A DNA stretch of 64,000 nucleotides from the NCBI GenBank assembly GCA_963693365.1, contig CAVNZM010000009.1, forward strand, positions 5,028,245 through 5,092,244, read 5' to 3'. Source of the stretch: Amoebidium appalachense (taxonomy: Eukaryota > Protista > Ichthyosporea). The notes beneath the pieces are model-generated. The model ran no database searches. It had not been told where the DNA came from and saw only the letters and a program-made list of their open reading frames with translations. The translations under genes were made by a program, and so were the position numbers. Below, piece after piece: positions 13,961-32,756 of this stretch (its first letter is position 1; the number at the start of each line of letters is the position of its first letter).

Positions 13961-14251
13961 GACACACACAGACACACACACACACACAAAAAAAAAAAAA
14001 CGGCAATTGATGACGTCAACATCACATCTGACCCATCATAGCGCACGAAAGCCGGCGCCTTCAACAGGCCTGGATTGAGACGAAGAGAGGAAAAGTGGCA
14101 AGGGAGTTTTAGTAGTAATGATGATGGTGAGTCTGTACATGTGGGGGTGCGCATGTGTGCGTTTGGAGGGTGGCGGTGTGGGTGTGGGTGCACGTGCTTT
14201 TTTTTTTTTTTTTTTTTCTTTTCTTTTTTTTTTTTTTTTTTTTTTTTTTGT

Positions 14252-14287
<36 letters not shown>

Positions 14288-14592
14288 TAGTAGCTGACAC
14301 GACATTCAAAACCAAAGCTGCATTAGCCAATCATGTGGCGATGTTTTACTCCATCCATGGGCCTTTTGATCAATGATTTTTATTCATTTTTGCCGCCGAG
14401 TCCAACTAGGGCATCTCAATGAGGGAGGCTCCACTGTATATGAACAACTGTGAGTCCCAAATAATATGTGAAGGTGGTGGCTCGTGCATAAGGGCTAGAT
14501 ACGAAGACACCATACACATCACACTCCCCAGGAAGTTAAAAGTAATACATAAAAGTACTCGGCTATTATGGGGAGAAAACTTTCAGGGTTGG

Positions 14593-14638
<46 letters not shown>

Positions 14639-14747
14639 AGAGCAAACTGTAGTATGCAGTATAGGTAACATGCATTCATATGCACTCTTCGTATACCATG
14701 GCCAGTCATGGCACGGGCTGTATGACATATAATCATCCTTGCGTACT

Positions 14748-14780
<33 letters not shown>

Positions 14781-14823
14781 CAATATCATCAAATGTCCAT
14801 TTTCCTCTTTCCCTAGGGCCTCC

Positions 14824-15114
14824 TCAAAAAGTCGGTGCACGGGGGTGCTTGTCCACCGCAGCAGGCTCCTCCAGGCGTCCAAACTTCTCGTCCACCGTCA
14901 CCCACCCCTCAGGTATCTCCGTCCTGCCCGACTCGTTGCGGAAGTAAGGGTTGTCGGCAATGCGGCGGGCCCACGTGTGGGAGGCAGGGGTGTCAACGTC
15001 GGGAGGGACGCAGAAACGGTCACCGGCTCCGCGTTTCATGGCGTCCTCTGCAAGGATTTCGTTGGGGAGAAAGCCACCGGCGGGGTCGCGGTAGCCCTGT
15101 GTTTCCTTGTCCAT
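14824..15114 (-). CDS. Small protein (96 aa), possibly NADH:ubiquinone oxidoreductase subunit NDUFA7/B14.5a (fungal NUZM-like)
   Basis: Non-repetitive, GC-rich ORF starting in an ACCATGG context. A pyrimidine-rich acceptor (ccttttctttcag) lies 33 nt upstream, in frame, at 15148. The motif YRDPAGG...IADNPYFRNESGR resembles, from memory, the fungal NDUFA7-family motif RNP..G...DIADNPYWKRD.RR. The gene call is fairly secure; the family call is tentative. Confidence 0.55.
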   Translation of the reverse strand: MDKETQGYRDPAGGFLPNEILAEDAMKRGAGDRFCVPPDVDTPASHTWARRIADNPYFRNESGRTEIPEGWVTVDEKFGRLEEPAAVDKHPRAPTF

Positions 15115-15675
15115 GGTAGTGGTGGTGTGTGGAAAGTCTTGTAGATTCTGAAAGAAAAGGGAGGGAAAATGATTTGGTAGAGCAGAATATTACTTTCGAA
15201 CTCCCTCGGTTCCTGTCTGGGGGAGCCTCAGGAAAAAACGGTAGGGAACAAGGAGAAGGGGACGAAGTGGAAAAAAACAAACGTGACAGAGTCAGGTACA
15301 TGTAGTAGCCCTAATGTGAGAGGTTTTTTCTGCACGTTAACGTTACTGTCTGCAAGCTGATGTGACTGAAAGAAGAATTGTTTCTGTCTATGCGGGAGCT
15401 TATATGTTCGGATCTCATGTGCTGGCCCAGGATGGCATGCCCTGATCATGACGTCCCTTTAATACACTTTACGTGTGAGTTTCCCCTCAGGCTGTCACAA
15501 AACGTGCTGATGTACCCCACCTGCACCACTCGGGTAAGACATGTTCTTGTGCAGACTAGAAATAAACTAGCAATCAGTGAGAGAACGAACGTAAAAGGAA
15601 CTCCCTCGAGCTCGAGCTCGACACGGGGAGGGTGTGTGACAGGGGTACCGGTGTGTGTGTGTGTGTGTGTGTGGT

Positions 15676-15708
<33 letters not shown>

Positions 15709-16417
15709 GTAGAAATTTAAATTCAACTTAATGGGGTGGAAGGGATTGAGAAAAACAAACAAACGAACAAACGAAAAAGGTGACTAACGATGTACCCGCA
15801 GTTCTTTGCCAACGAAAAAATGTACCCTGTCCAGCTAGCTGTCCAATGTACACAGGACACAAGAACCGGAGGTTATGCCAGCAGCTGTCGGGCAGGCACG
15901 ATACCGATTTGTAATGTGACAACGATATTAAACAGAGCGTCAGCTACCACTTGAGAACGTGTTGTCATTTGGGTGCTTGTGCGTGTGCGCGTGTGCCTTC
16001 GTGCGCATTTGTGTGTGTGCGCGCGCATGTGCTCATGTGTGTGTGTGGGTGGGTGGGTGCGCGTCACACAGTGTGTGTGGGTGTGAGTCCGTCACAAAAT
16101 CAGACGGCATGGGCGCACATGCACTATATACAGGTACCGATCATTGCTATGGGCATGTGCATTACAACCATGTATAGTAAACGCACAACGCAACAGAACT
16201 GCGGTCACCAGCTGTTTGATTATCAGCACGTGCATGTTGTCCGCTAGGTTAATTTTCCCCTAATAAAGGGGCAACACCTGCGCGCGTGGCATATATGCAT
16301 TCTCCCCCCCCCCCCCCCCCCCCCCCCCCCCCTTCCCCCTCTCTCTCCGGACCCTACCTTCAGTGGATGACATCGTGGGCATGTGCCTTTTTTTTGTGCA
16401 TGTGGATTTGCGATGGC

Positions 16418-16450
<33 letters not shown>

Positions 16451-16510
16451 GCGTGTGTGTGTGCGTGTGTGTGTGCGTGTGTGTATGTGTGTTCTTTTTT
16501 TTCTTTTTTT

Positions 16511-16553
<43 letters not shown>

Positions 16554-17083
16554 ATGCTCTTCGTGGCTGACAGTGTGTGTGCATGCGAGTGTGCGTAAGC
16601 ACGCCAGCTAGTGCTACCACCACACTGAGTGTGCACTTTACCAGTTGCCAGTACGTGCAACCATGCTGGGGTGCCTTTAATTAATTCCCTTGATGCTAAA
16701 GCCACAGCCCTGGGCTTACCAATTATGTACATTGTACCGTGGGAGATTTATCTCAGCGCTAGAATAGACACACGTATCATATGACTTGTATATATCACAC
16801 GTATACTTCAATAGTATCTAACACACGAAAAGGCCGGAATAAAAAAAAGTAAGAATAGAGTATGATGGATATTTATGATTGTACAATAAGCGAACCGCCA
16901 TATACATGATAGTGATACACAGCATCTAGCCATTTTATATTTCTTCCTCCGGAAAGTACCTAAATTACGTAATTTATACCTAAATTACGTATACATAATA
17001 ATTTTCAACCCCCGGGTTCTAAATAAGCCCCCCCCCCCCCCCCCCCCCCCCCTCCCCCCCTCCCCCCTCCCTCCCCCCCCCCC

Positions 17084-17118
<35 letters not shown>

Positions 17119-18060
17119 AGAAAAGAAAACAAAACAAAACAAAAAAAGAAAACACAGACATTTACGTACACACACAAACACTTGACACACACCGTGCCAC
17201 TAACCCCACCTCCCTTCCCCCCTCCTCCCTCCTCCCCCCCTCCCCCCCCCCCCCCCCCCCTCCCCCTCCCCCCCCCCCCCCCCGGCCCCCCCCGCCCCCT
17301 GCCCCCCTCGCCCACACTAGTACTCCCTCCACACGCATGTTTACCGGCCGGCCAACCCATTCAAGAAACGCTTCCCCGGAAAGAGGGGGGGAAAGGAAGT
17401 GGGGTAAGGGGAGAGGGAGAGCTCGGGGGGGGGGGGGGGGGGGGAGGGGGGAGGGGGGGGGAGAGGAAGAATCATAAAAAAGGGGGGGGGGGGGGGGGGG
17501 GGAGGGGCGATGGGCCCGAGGGTATATATAATATCGTACGGCCACATGAATACGATGGACGCAGGCTGCCGTGCACTGCACAGATGTGTACGGTGTTGCT
17601 ATTAATTAATATTCTGCATGACAGCCGCATGGATCATGCGGATGACCTAGTCACTCTGAGTGCTGTCGCCCTGCGGCCCCTTTTTTTTATTTTTATTTTT
17701 ATTTATTTTTTTATGTGGCCGCAGGCGACAGCGTCCCGCAGCGTAGTAGGACCCAGCCACTTACGTAAGCCAGCGGGTACAAAGCCTTGGAGACCAAGAA
17801 TGACCATGCATCCTCGTGCTTGCAGTACCAGAATTTCAAGAAATGTTGTTTGGCCGGGCGCACCTAAAAACCCAATAAATGTTCACTTGGATAGGATTTT
17901 GTCGGAAGCTGTTACTGTGCTTTGTTTGCGTGAGTTTTGTGTGTTCGAGAAAATCCCTTTTTCTTTTTAGTCTAACCAATAAATTTCGGATGGTAATCGT
18001 TTTTAGAAGCTTAACATTCGTTAAGGTTGCGCGTGCGCACATTGGTGGCACACACACACG

Positions 18061-18099
<39 letters not shown>

Positions 18100-18138
18100 G
18101 CACGCACGCACACACACACACCGGCGCGCGCGCGCGCG

Positions 18139-18177
<39 letters not shown>

Positions 18178-18184
18178 ACACCCA

Positions 18185-18223
<39 letters not shown>

Positions 18224-18679
18224 CATTGCAGCAGCCCCCCCGCTCCCCCACCCCCCACCCCCACCCCCCAACCCCACCCACCCACCTCCCCTCCCGTTCT
18301 CATGTATCAAATCTATTTAATTAGCAGCCCCTCCCCCGGCCCCTGAAAAAAAGAGAGATTTTGAATGCAATGGCCCAATACATAAATATTAAAAGTGCCT
18401 TCATATGATATCACAAACATAATAAGCTGGCAATCAGCCGAAGTGGACCCCCCCCCCCCCCCCCCCCCCCCCACAAAAAGCAAAAAAAAGGAAATTGATC
18501 ACCAAAACCAAAATTTAATCGCAACTAAACTTTGCACCGTGTTTAGTAGCCGCGACACCTTGCCTAGTACAATAGTGCTAACTAAAAGGCTTAGCAACCA
18601 ATGAAGTCTCATGAATGCACATCATGAAATATTAAAGCTTTAAGTAGCACCCATCCATCGTGTGCAGATTTTTGATACA

Positions 18680-18713
<34 letters not shown>

Positions 18714-19129
18714 TTCCCACCTGTGTTTTAAACCTAAAAAAGTCCGGGGGAGAGGGGGGAGGGGGGAGGGGGGAAAGGGAGAAACGAAAAGAAATTAAAG
18801 AATGGTGGATGGGGACGTCCCGGTCCTCCCCCCTCCCTCCCCCACCCGCCCCCCTGTCGGGGGAACAAAAACACATGTACACACACCATGATGCACACAC
18901 GGACATGCATGCACACAAACATGTATTGTGACCACAGTGACACGAACACATACACCCTGGCCCACACACACAAATCTAACACCCAGTGACAAACGAACAC
19001 GAAATCTGCATTTGACACAACAGATATGCATGCATTCTCGCAGAAAAAAGTGCACGGGGGTATTATTTAAGTCACGTGGCCTATCACCGTGGGCATTGTG
19101 CAAACTGTTACGCTCTTTCTTGGCCTGTG

Positions 19130-19263
19130 GCACACACACGCACGCACGCCGCACACACACACACACACACACACTCACACATGTACGAACGCACACACGC
19201 ACGCACGCCGCACACACACACACACACACACATGTACGAACGCACACACGCACGCACGCACGC

Positions 19264-19305
<42 letters not shown>

Positions 19306-19328
19306 CGAACGCACACACGCACGCACGC

Positions 19329-19364
<36 letters not shown>

Positions 19365-19412
19365 CGAACGCACGCACACACGCACACACGCACGCACGCA
19401 CGCACGCACACA

Positions 19413-19452
<40 letters not shown>

Positions 19453-19460
19453 TTCGCGCG
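19130..19460. repeat. Compound minisatellite built on CACATGTACGAACGCACACACGCACGCACGCCG, about 4 units, followed by (GCAC)n
   Basis: ATGTACGAACGCAC recurs at about 19181, 19232, 19301 and 19360, separated by variable (CA)n. Confidence 0.85.
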
Positions 19461-19970
19461 CGCACACATTGATGCTTTCGGTCTGCGAAGCATCAAAAGC
19501 TTTCGAAGAACTTCAAGCTGAAATAAATATGATCTGCTGCATAACTTCTTTTTAATTTGCGTACATGTACAGCCTGCCGGTAAAGCCCGCCGCCCCTTTA
19601 TTGGCCACTGCCACTCGAGTCCCGCTCTCTGTCGACACATAAAAAAGCTGAAACAGTTAATTACGGTTTTCTGATACAATATAACAGTCACATCCACACT
19701 CACACACTCACATGCACAAAAGGGTTTTAAGTAGCCGTAAACTGGGCACAAGGGTATCTTTAGAAACGAAGTTTGAAGTAATATATGTGTGGACTACAAC
19801 TCTGGCAAACCGCTAGCATACACACACATTAAGGGCTATGATATTATGTTTATGATCGTACAATTAGCCAGCCACCACATAACCTGCATGGTGATACGCA
19901 GCATCAATCATAACCATATTTTTTCATACAAGAAGTTCGTTATTGATCTCTAAACCTATCAGGTACAGGC

Positions 19971-20003
<33 letters not shown>

Positions 20004-20449
20004 CACACACACACACACACCCACCCACCCACCCACCCACCCACCCGAAAAAAAAAAAAAAAAAAAAAAAAAAAAGATATTGTGCCCTAGATTTGGAACG
20101 GGAATGCATGCAACAAAAAGACCTTTATAAACACCCTAAGCATAATAGGCTAGTATAAGCCTAAGTGGAGCTATAAAGTATGTAGTCAAAATCGAAATTT
20201 AGCTCACCGAACCATCGCAACAAAAAAGCAGACAATAGGTTTTAGCCACGAAGCCTTGCATAGTACAAGCTATTTGAAAGCAACCAATCAAGTTTCAGGA
20301 ATACACATCATAAAGCACCACCTCAAAAAATGCAACAAAACCATCGTCTTGCAACTCCTGATACAGCCCCCCCTCCCCCCTTTCTCGTTCAGATTTCCGG
20401 GGAAAAAAAAAAAAAAGGCAGGAAAGGGGGGAAAAAAAGGGAAAAAAAG

Positions 20450-20483
<34 letters not shown>

Positions 20484-20573
20484 AAAGAATGGTCGATGCT
20501 GACATCACCGTGGTGTACACGGGGGGCACCCACCCATCTGAAATTGCCGAGCTTGGCTGCAAAGCCATGTCCC

Positions 20574-25327
<4,754 letters not shown>

Positions 25328-25687
25328 GTTGGCCGTGAGATGTCAAAACCCGTCGGCTCAGGCTGTTGAACTTGCTAGCAGGAGTAAGGCTAAATATCAA
25401 TATGAGAGAAACACAACATTACTTCTACCGAAAAACATACACATGTAAAGAAGGGCGAGAACACACACAGACGTGTCTGAAGCTGATTGGTGCCACAAAA
25501 GCATGCGGCCAAGCGCGTAAACCTCCAAGCAACGTTGGCAGTGCCACGGTGGGTGCTTGTGTCGAACATGATGAGGGCAGTGAGGCTACCGAAAACTACT
25601 ACAAATAGAAACCTAAAAATAGAAATTCTTTGAGACGGCCAATTTGAGGCAGGAGGCTTTTCGCGCCATTTTCCCTATTGCAATTGC

Positions 25688-25953
25688 AGTCACTTTGAGT
25701 GACTGTCTCCGGCTCAACATACCTTGTTTGTTCCCGCGGCGTAGTAGTGCCCGGCCACTTAAGTAAGCCAGTGGGTACATAGCCTTGAGGACTACATTTT
25801 CCCGGCTACGACTGACCCATGTATGACTGGCCATGGAACGAAACAAAGCGAAAAGAAATCTAAAACTGGCTTTACGCTGGCGCTTGTTTGCTTCAGCCAG
25901 TTTTAGTATCCCCCCCCCCCCCCCCCCCCTCCCTCCCCCCGCCCCCCCTCCCC

Positions 25954-25986
<33 letters not shown>

Positions 25987-26579
25987 TTCCCCGCCCCCCC
26001 CCCACCCCCCCCCCCACCTCACCCCACCCCACCCCCCACCCACCCACCCACCCCCCAAGCATTGTAAATTTTTTGGATCAAACGTTTCTCCAACCACCTC
26101 CACGGAACCAGGAGCATGAGATGCTTCCCATCTGTTTGTAGGAGCTAATAGGGTGACGATGCATATGACTGCAGAGAGGGAATAAAGGGCGATGCGCATG
26201 CCATTGGAGAGAGCGAAAGTGGACCCAAAATAGATAGGGCCGAATAAGGGAGGGTGCGATAAAGGCAGGACTCCGAGAGCTCGAGGCTAAGGGTGTCCAC
26301 AAGGATCATCTGTCGAAGAAACCTAGAGAAATTTGAAGGCCGTGAAAAAAGCCTCAGCGCTAATTTGCCGTTAAGGAAGGTAGAGGAAGGTGTTGGAAGG
26401 GAATCTGATGGACTATTAAAGAGAAACTGCCCTCCCGTGGAGCTAGTCTGGAAAAAAAAGGCCGGAGGGAATAGTGTGCCAGAATGTCTGGAAATGAAAT
26501 TATCAAGGGAAGGGGGGGCAGATCGATAGAGAGACAAGGTCGAAGGAGCTGGCCCAGGATCCAGGCAGCCCACAGGTGC

Positions 26580-26615
<36 letters not shown>

Positions 26616-26621
26616 GCGTGT

Positions 26622-26697
<76 letters not shown>

Positions 26698-27457
26698 GGG
26701 GGGCATGGTGTCCCTCAAAGAGTTGGAATTTTGCCCGAGAAGAGGGAAGGGCCAGGGAGGGTGGGAGAAAGGTTGCGAGAGATAGAAGGCTGGCAGGAAT
26801 ACCTGAGTGTGTGCACGTGTGTGTGTGTGTCCACGCGCCTAATTAAGCTTGTGTGTGTGTGCCTGTGTGTGTGGGTGTGTGTGTGTCTGTGTGTGTGCAT
26901 GTGCATGTGCGTGTGTGTGCGCATGCCTTTGTGTGTGTGTGTGCGTGTGTGTGTGTGTGTGCGCGCACACACGCATATGTGCGTGCTTGCCCGTGCGCAT
27001 GGGCGCATGTGTGCCTGTGTACCACCGGTCACACGTATCACACAAGGCCCGGCAATCATGATCATAATCATTGCCCATTTTATTGGCCACTGCCACTCCC
27101 TCTGTCAACACATCAAACAGCCGGAACAGTTTAAAATTTATAACGGTTTTCTGATACAATCTAACAGTCACATCCACACACTGTCACACACACACACACA
27201 CTGACACACACACACTAAAGGGCCTTGAGTAGCCGTAACGTCGGGACAAGTGCATCTTCAACAAAATGTGGATTAGTATTAAATACAGCTCTGGCACAGT
27301 GTTAGCTCTGTATACACATGTATGCTATAATAGATATGTTTATGATTGTACATTAAGCAAGCCACCATGTAACTGGCATGGTGATACACAGCATTTGATC
27401 ATAACCATATATTTTTCATCCAAGGAGTTCCACCTCCAAAACCTTTTAGGTAAAGAC

Positions 27458-27503
<46 letters not shown>

Positions 27504-28330
27504 AAGAAAAAAAAAAACAAAAAAAAAAAACAAAAAAAAAACACCCCATCCCACCCCAAAGCACCCACCCGGCCACCCACCCACCCACCCACCCACCCAC
27601 CCACCCACCCACCCACCCACCCACACAAACAAAACAAAAAAAAGAAGAAAATAGAAAAGCGAACAAGATAAGAAAAGAAATTCAAAGAAAGGAGGGGAAA
27701 AAAAAAAAAAAAAAGAAGCAGATTTCGTGCCCCAGATTTGGAATGGGGTAGCCCAACATATGTATAAACTCAAAAACGTCTCCATAAATACCGTAAAGAT
27801 AGTAGGCTAGTCATCAGCCTAAGTGGAGCTCTGAAGTATTAAGTCAAAATTGCTCACCAGAAAATTGCAGCAAAGAAGCATACCATAGTTTCTAGCCAAG
27901 ACACCGTTGAATAGTACAAAGCTAAAAAGCAACCAATCAAGTCGCAGGGATACACATCATGAATTATCGCCTCAAAAAGATTAACACAACCACCGCCTTG
28001 CAACTACTGATACAGCCCCCCCCCCCCCCCCCCCCCCCCCTCTCCCCCTCCCCCCTCCTCCCCTCCCGCCCTCTCCCCCACACCACCGCCATTCCCCCCG
28101 TTCCGGTTTCCAAAAAAATGGGGCAGGAAAAGGGGTGGAACAAACATGTTGTATGCTGAATCACCGTGTGGTGCATGGGGGGCACCCACCCATCCGAAGT
28201 TGCCAAGGCTTGGCTGCCAACCCATGTCCCTCACCTGAAGGATACATAATTTTGGTGAGCGAGTGAGTCTGAGAGAGAGGGAGGGAGAGAGGATAGAGAG
28301 AGGGTTTGAGGTGTCTCTCTGCGTGTGGCT

Positions 28331-28361
<31 letters not shown>

Positions 28362-28545
28362 GGGTGTGGGGGAGGGGGGGAGGGAGGAGGGGAGGTGGGT
28401 AGAATTGTTACGGAGTACAACGTATTCATTCATGGGGGGAAGGAGGGGGACCAGGGGGGGAAGAGGGGAGGACGAGGGCAGGGGCGGGGGGGGGGGGGGG
28501 GGGGGGGAGGATTACGGGGGAAGGAGAGAGAAAACAATATTCCCC

Positions 28546-28580
<35 letters not shown>

Positions 28581-29048
28581 AAGGGGGGGGGGGGGGGGGG
28601 GGGGGGGGAAGGGGGGTACCCTGTGCTATAGACATCGGGGGGAGGGGGGGGGGGGAAGGGGGGGGGGGGGGGGGGGGGAGGGGGGTACCCTGTGCTATAG
28701 ACATCGTGGTATAGAGATTTTGTATTTGTCTCCTGTCCTAGGGTGCGCTTGGTTGGGCCGGGGGAGGGGACGGGAGGCGGGAGGGGAGGGGGTGGAGTGG
28801 GGTAGAATTCATAACTGGAGTACGAAGTACACATATACAAAGGGCAACCCAATTCAGAGTGCAGACAGCACATAAAAGGCGGGCAAAGGGGGGGGGGGAG
28901 GGGAGGGGGGGGGTTGAATGCGGAACACGGTACGAAGTACGCATACACGATGAGAAGCATGGTGCAGGACACATGCAAAGGCAAACATTCAATTATGCAA
29001 CATCATCCATGCGCACAGTATGCGTCATAAGCAGAGCCCATCCTCAGG

Positions 29049-29095
<47 letters not shown>

Positions 29096-29261
29096 TGTGT
29101 GTATGCACTAGTAAAGCGACATTTACAATACCAGTTTCATAGCAACACTCAAACCAGAACTCAAAAGGGCGAATATGTGAGTGAATGAGTGAGTGTGTGA
29201 GTGTGTGTGCGCATCTGCGTACACATGTGTGTATGTGCATCCATGCATGCGTGCGTGCGTG

Positions 29262-29343
<82 letters not shown>

Positions 29344-29359
29344 CGTGCCTTCCCGCATG

Positions 29360-29418
<59 letters not shown>

Positions 29419-31749
29419 ATGTGTGTGTATGTGCATGCGTGCACGCGTGTGCGCATGGCTAGCGTGTATGCGTGCACGGGCGCGTGCGCGTGTGTGTGAG
29501 TTGGCGGCCATGATGGGTAGTGAAAAACAGGGGAAGAGGGGTGGGGGTTAGGGGGTGGGGTGGGGTGGGGAAGGGGAGCACCTTTCAGAGGCCAGCTTCT
29601 TCGTGATTGCCCGCTTCAAGTCAGCAATGCGTCTCTCTTGCTTCTCCATTTTCTCAATACTAGCAAACACAGACGCGCGGTCCACGCTGACTGAATCAAG
29701 TTCTATCTTAGGGCACGAGGCAAGGGCCGCTATACTGATTTTGGGCGAATAGATTGACACCTTGCACAGGTTTTCGTGGCCCGTGAACCCTTTCAGCGTG
29801 CGGATTCTGTCGACATGGACGAGTGTGAGGGATTGGATGGTGGGTATGTGCGCAAGGACGCCGATATCTCTCAACTCTTTGCAATAACCCAGGTTCACGT
29901 GGGTGAGCGCTCTGGCGCCGGCAGGAACATTGCCGAATGAACAAAGGGATGCACAGTTCCGTATGTTGAGGCGCTGAAGTGCAGGGTTGTTGATCGGAAA
30001 AAGGGTTGTGCCGCCGACATTAGAAAGTCTGAGATGAACTAGAGAGGTGGGTGGGCGGATAAGGCTTATGTCAGTATCAGGAACATTTTCAATCGCTAAA
30101 TCTTCAAGTGTGGTGCAGAATGCGAGAAAGCCACAGGCTGGATCGTTTGGTTGAGTAGTGTCGCTCAAAACTACCGGCCTAAGGTGCTTCTGGTACGATG
30201 TTGCCTTGATGCGTGCGAGGTTGGTCACATCTCGAAGGTACAGGGCGGAGAGGTTGGGGAAGTGGTCCAAAACCAACCCATTGCCATGCATATGCTCCAG
30301 CACACAATCAACTAGCTCAATCCTGGTGAGTGCCTTAGAGCGTGCGAGTGCATCTAGGCGTATCCTACCAACACGACAAAGTGATATGGATTTCAGTGTC
30401 TGCATCTGGGCTGATAGGAACGGCAGTGATTCCAGAGTTGGTAGGGCTAACAGCCCCACAGGGGAAGACAGTGCAAACGGCTCCAACCGCTGTGTTTGAA
30501 AATCGGGCTTACCGGACGGCAGCTCCGAACAGGAAAGAGACACCCGGCGCAACCTTGGGCACGACCCCAACATCTCCGCATACAAGGGGCATGGCATGTC
30601 AACCACAACCTCCTCCACTTTGGGCAGGCCGGGCAACGCTAGCCTTCTTTGTAAATCGAGCTCGGACCGCATGTGCACGCAAATCTCGACGTGGGTGAGG
30701 TTCGGGCACACCTGTATCTGTCCCAGGTTGAGCGAATCCGTGCTCCTCGATTCGATCCTTATGCGCTCGAGGTTGGGGCATGCCGCAAGAAATTTCCCCA
30801 GCAGCCTGCCGTTTTCCGATCTCCAATGGCTTTGAGGTGCTGTGTGGTGCAAGTGGTTCATGCGGGTGATGTTCTATGTCCAAAACCGTGGTCATATCCA
30901 CCACCAACTCTTCCATCCGCGTGCATTTCTCCCACACCGTCCCGACCAGTCGCCACATCGTATTGAAGCTAGTTTCGTCATTTGCGTAACCAAAATAAAG
31001 CTTAACAGCCCTCAGTTTGCTCCCGACAGCTTCGATCAACGACATGACTAGTAGTGCCCAGAATTCTGTATCCGGAGCTTCGTTCCAAATCACGTGGATG
31101 CGTTCCAAATTCGGAAGTTGCGGGATCTGGCGGAAGGTAGCCCGAAATGCTCCCCCGTGCTCCAAAAACACGACATCCATCCAATCAATGTCGAGCACCA
31201 CCGTACCAAGTGCAGCATGCCACGATGTCGATCTAAATCGACTCCACCACCACCACCAACACCGGCCTCACCAATTTTCATCCGAAACAGGCCGGCCTGG
31301 GGGGACCGAGCGAGGACGCAGAAGCGGCGGCAGACGAGGGAAAAAGTCTTTCGGTCATCCAACGGTAGATATCGGATGATGTGGGCGACAAGTTCGGGGG
31401 GAAGGGCCAAGAGAGGACTGTGTTCTGTGGGGACAAGTGCTATTAACAGGCGGAGACATGGACAAGAATGGTGGGGATGAATCTAGCAAATTCTGCTTTT
31501 ATATGGCTGCTTCCATTTCATCCCCTCCCACCCTCTTCCCTCTCCCCCCCACCCCTCCCCCCCCCCCCCCCCCCCCCCCGGGGGTCTACCCACGTGTCCT
31601 GAGATAGGGAAGCACAGAACAGGAAAGAGGAGGAGAATAATTGTCTATATACAAAGCTTTCGGGTACGTGTAAGAGCGTGTCACACAACATACACATAAG
31701 CACACGCACACGCACATACCGAGGGGAGGGGGAGAGGGGGGGGGGGGGG

Positions 31750-31786
<37 letters not shown>

Positions 31787-32676
31787 AGGGAGGAAGAGAG
31801 AGGGAGGGAGAGGGGGGAGGGAGGGAGGGGGGGGGGGAGGGAGGGAAGGAGGGAGGGGGAGAGGGAGGGAGGGAGAAGGGAGGGAGGGAGGGAGGGAGGG
31901 AGGGAGGGAGGGAGGGAGGGAGGGAGGGAGGGAGGGAGGGATGGAGGGCGAGAGAGAGAGAGGGGGGGGGAGAGGGAAAGGGGAGAGAAGAGAGAGAGGG
32001 GAGGGAGAGAGAGGGGGGGGGGGGGGAGAGGGAGAGGGAGAGAGAGAGAGAGGGAGGGAGGGGGAGAGAGGGAGGGGGAGAGAGGGAGGGGGAGAGAGAG
32101 AGAGAGAGAGGGAAGGAGAGAGAAAGAGAGGGAGGGAGGAATGTAGCGAGGGAGGGAGGGAGGGAGGGAGACGGGGCCGGGAGGGAGCGGGTGAAGGAGA
32201 GGAAGATAGGGGTGAATGAGCGGGAGGGGGGGATGGAGAGGGTAAAGGAGAGGGAGCGGGGGAAGGGGGAGGGGGGAGAGAGGCAGACAAAGAGAGTGTG
32301 TGTAATAAAGAGAGCGTTGCACAATGCCTTTGTTTGTTCCTAGTGTGTGTAGGTAAAGCACGAAAGGGGAATCGGGGGAGAGCCAGCTGGGAGCAATAGA
32401 ACAAGACCACAAGCTGCAACAGGGGGAGAGACGAATGTGGGAGGGGACGGGGGGGGGGGGGGGTAAAGGGGGGTGGGTTGAGGTGAACTCGAGAGGGGAG
32501 GGGGGGGGGGGGGAGGGGAGGGAGCTGGGGTAGATGGCAAGATGAGCTAATGGAGTTGTGTGTATTTGTGACGATGTGTGTGTGGGTGTGTGCGTGTGCG
32601 TGTGCGTGTGCGTGTGCGTGTACGTGTGCGTGCGCGTGTGCGCGTGCGTGCGTGTGTGTGTGCGTGTGTGCGTGCG

Positions 32677-32756
<80 letters not shown>

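Noticed and set aside
17725-17770. 40-nt plus-strand exon (ccgcag|...|gtaagc)
   Set aside because: The acceptor is not conserved in duplication copy B and there are no partner exons or recognisable peptide.
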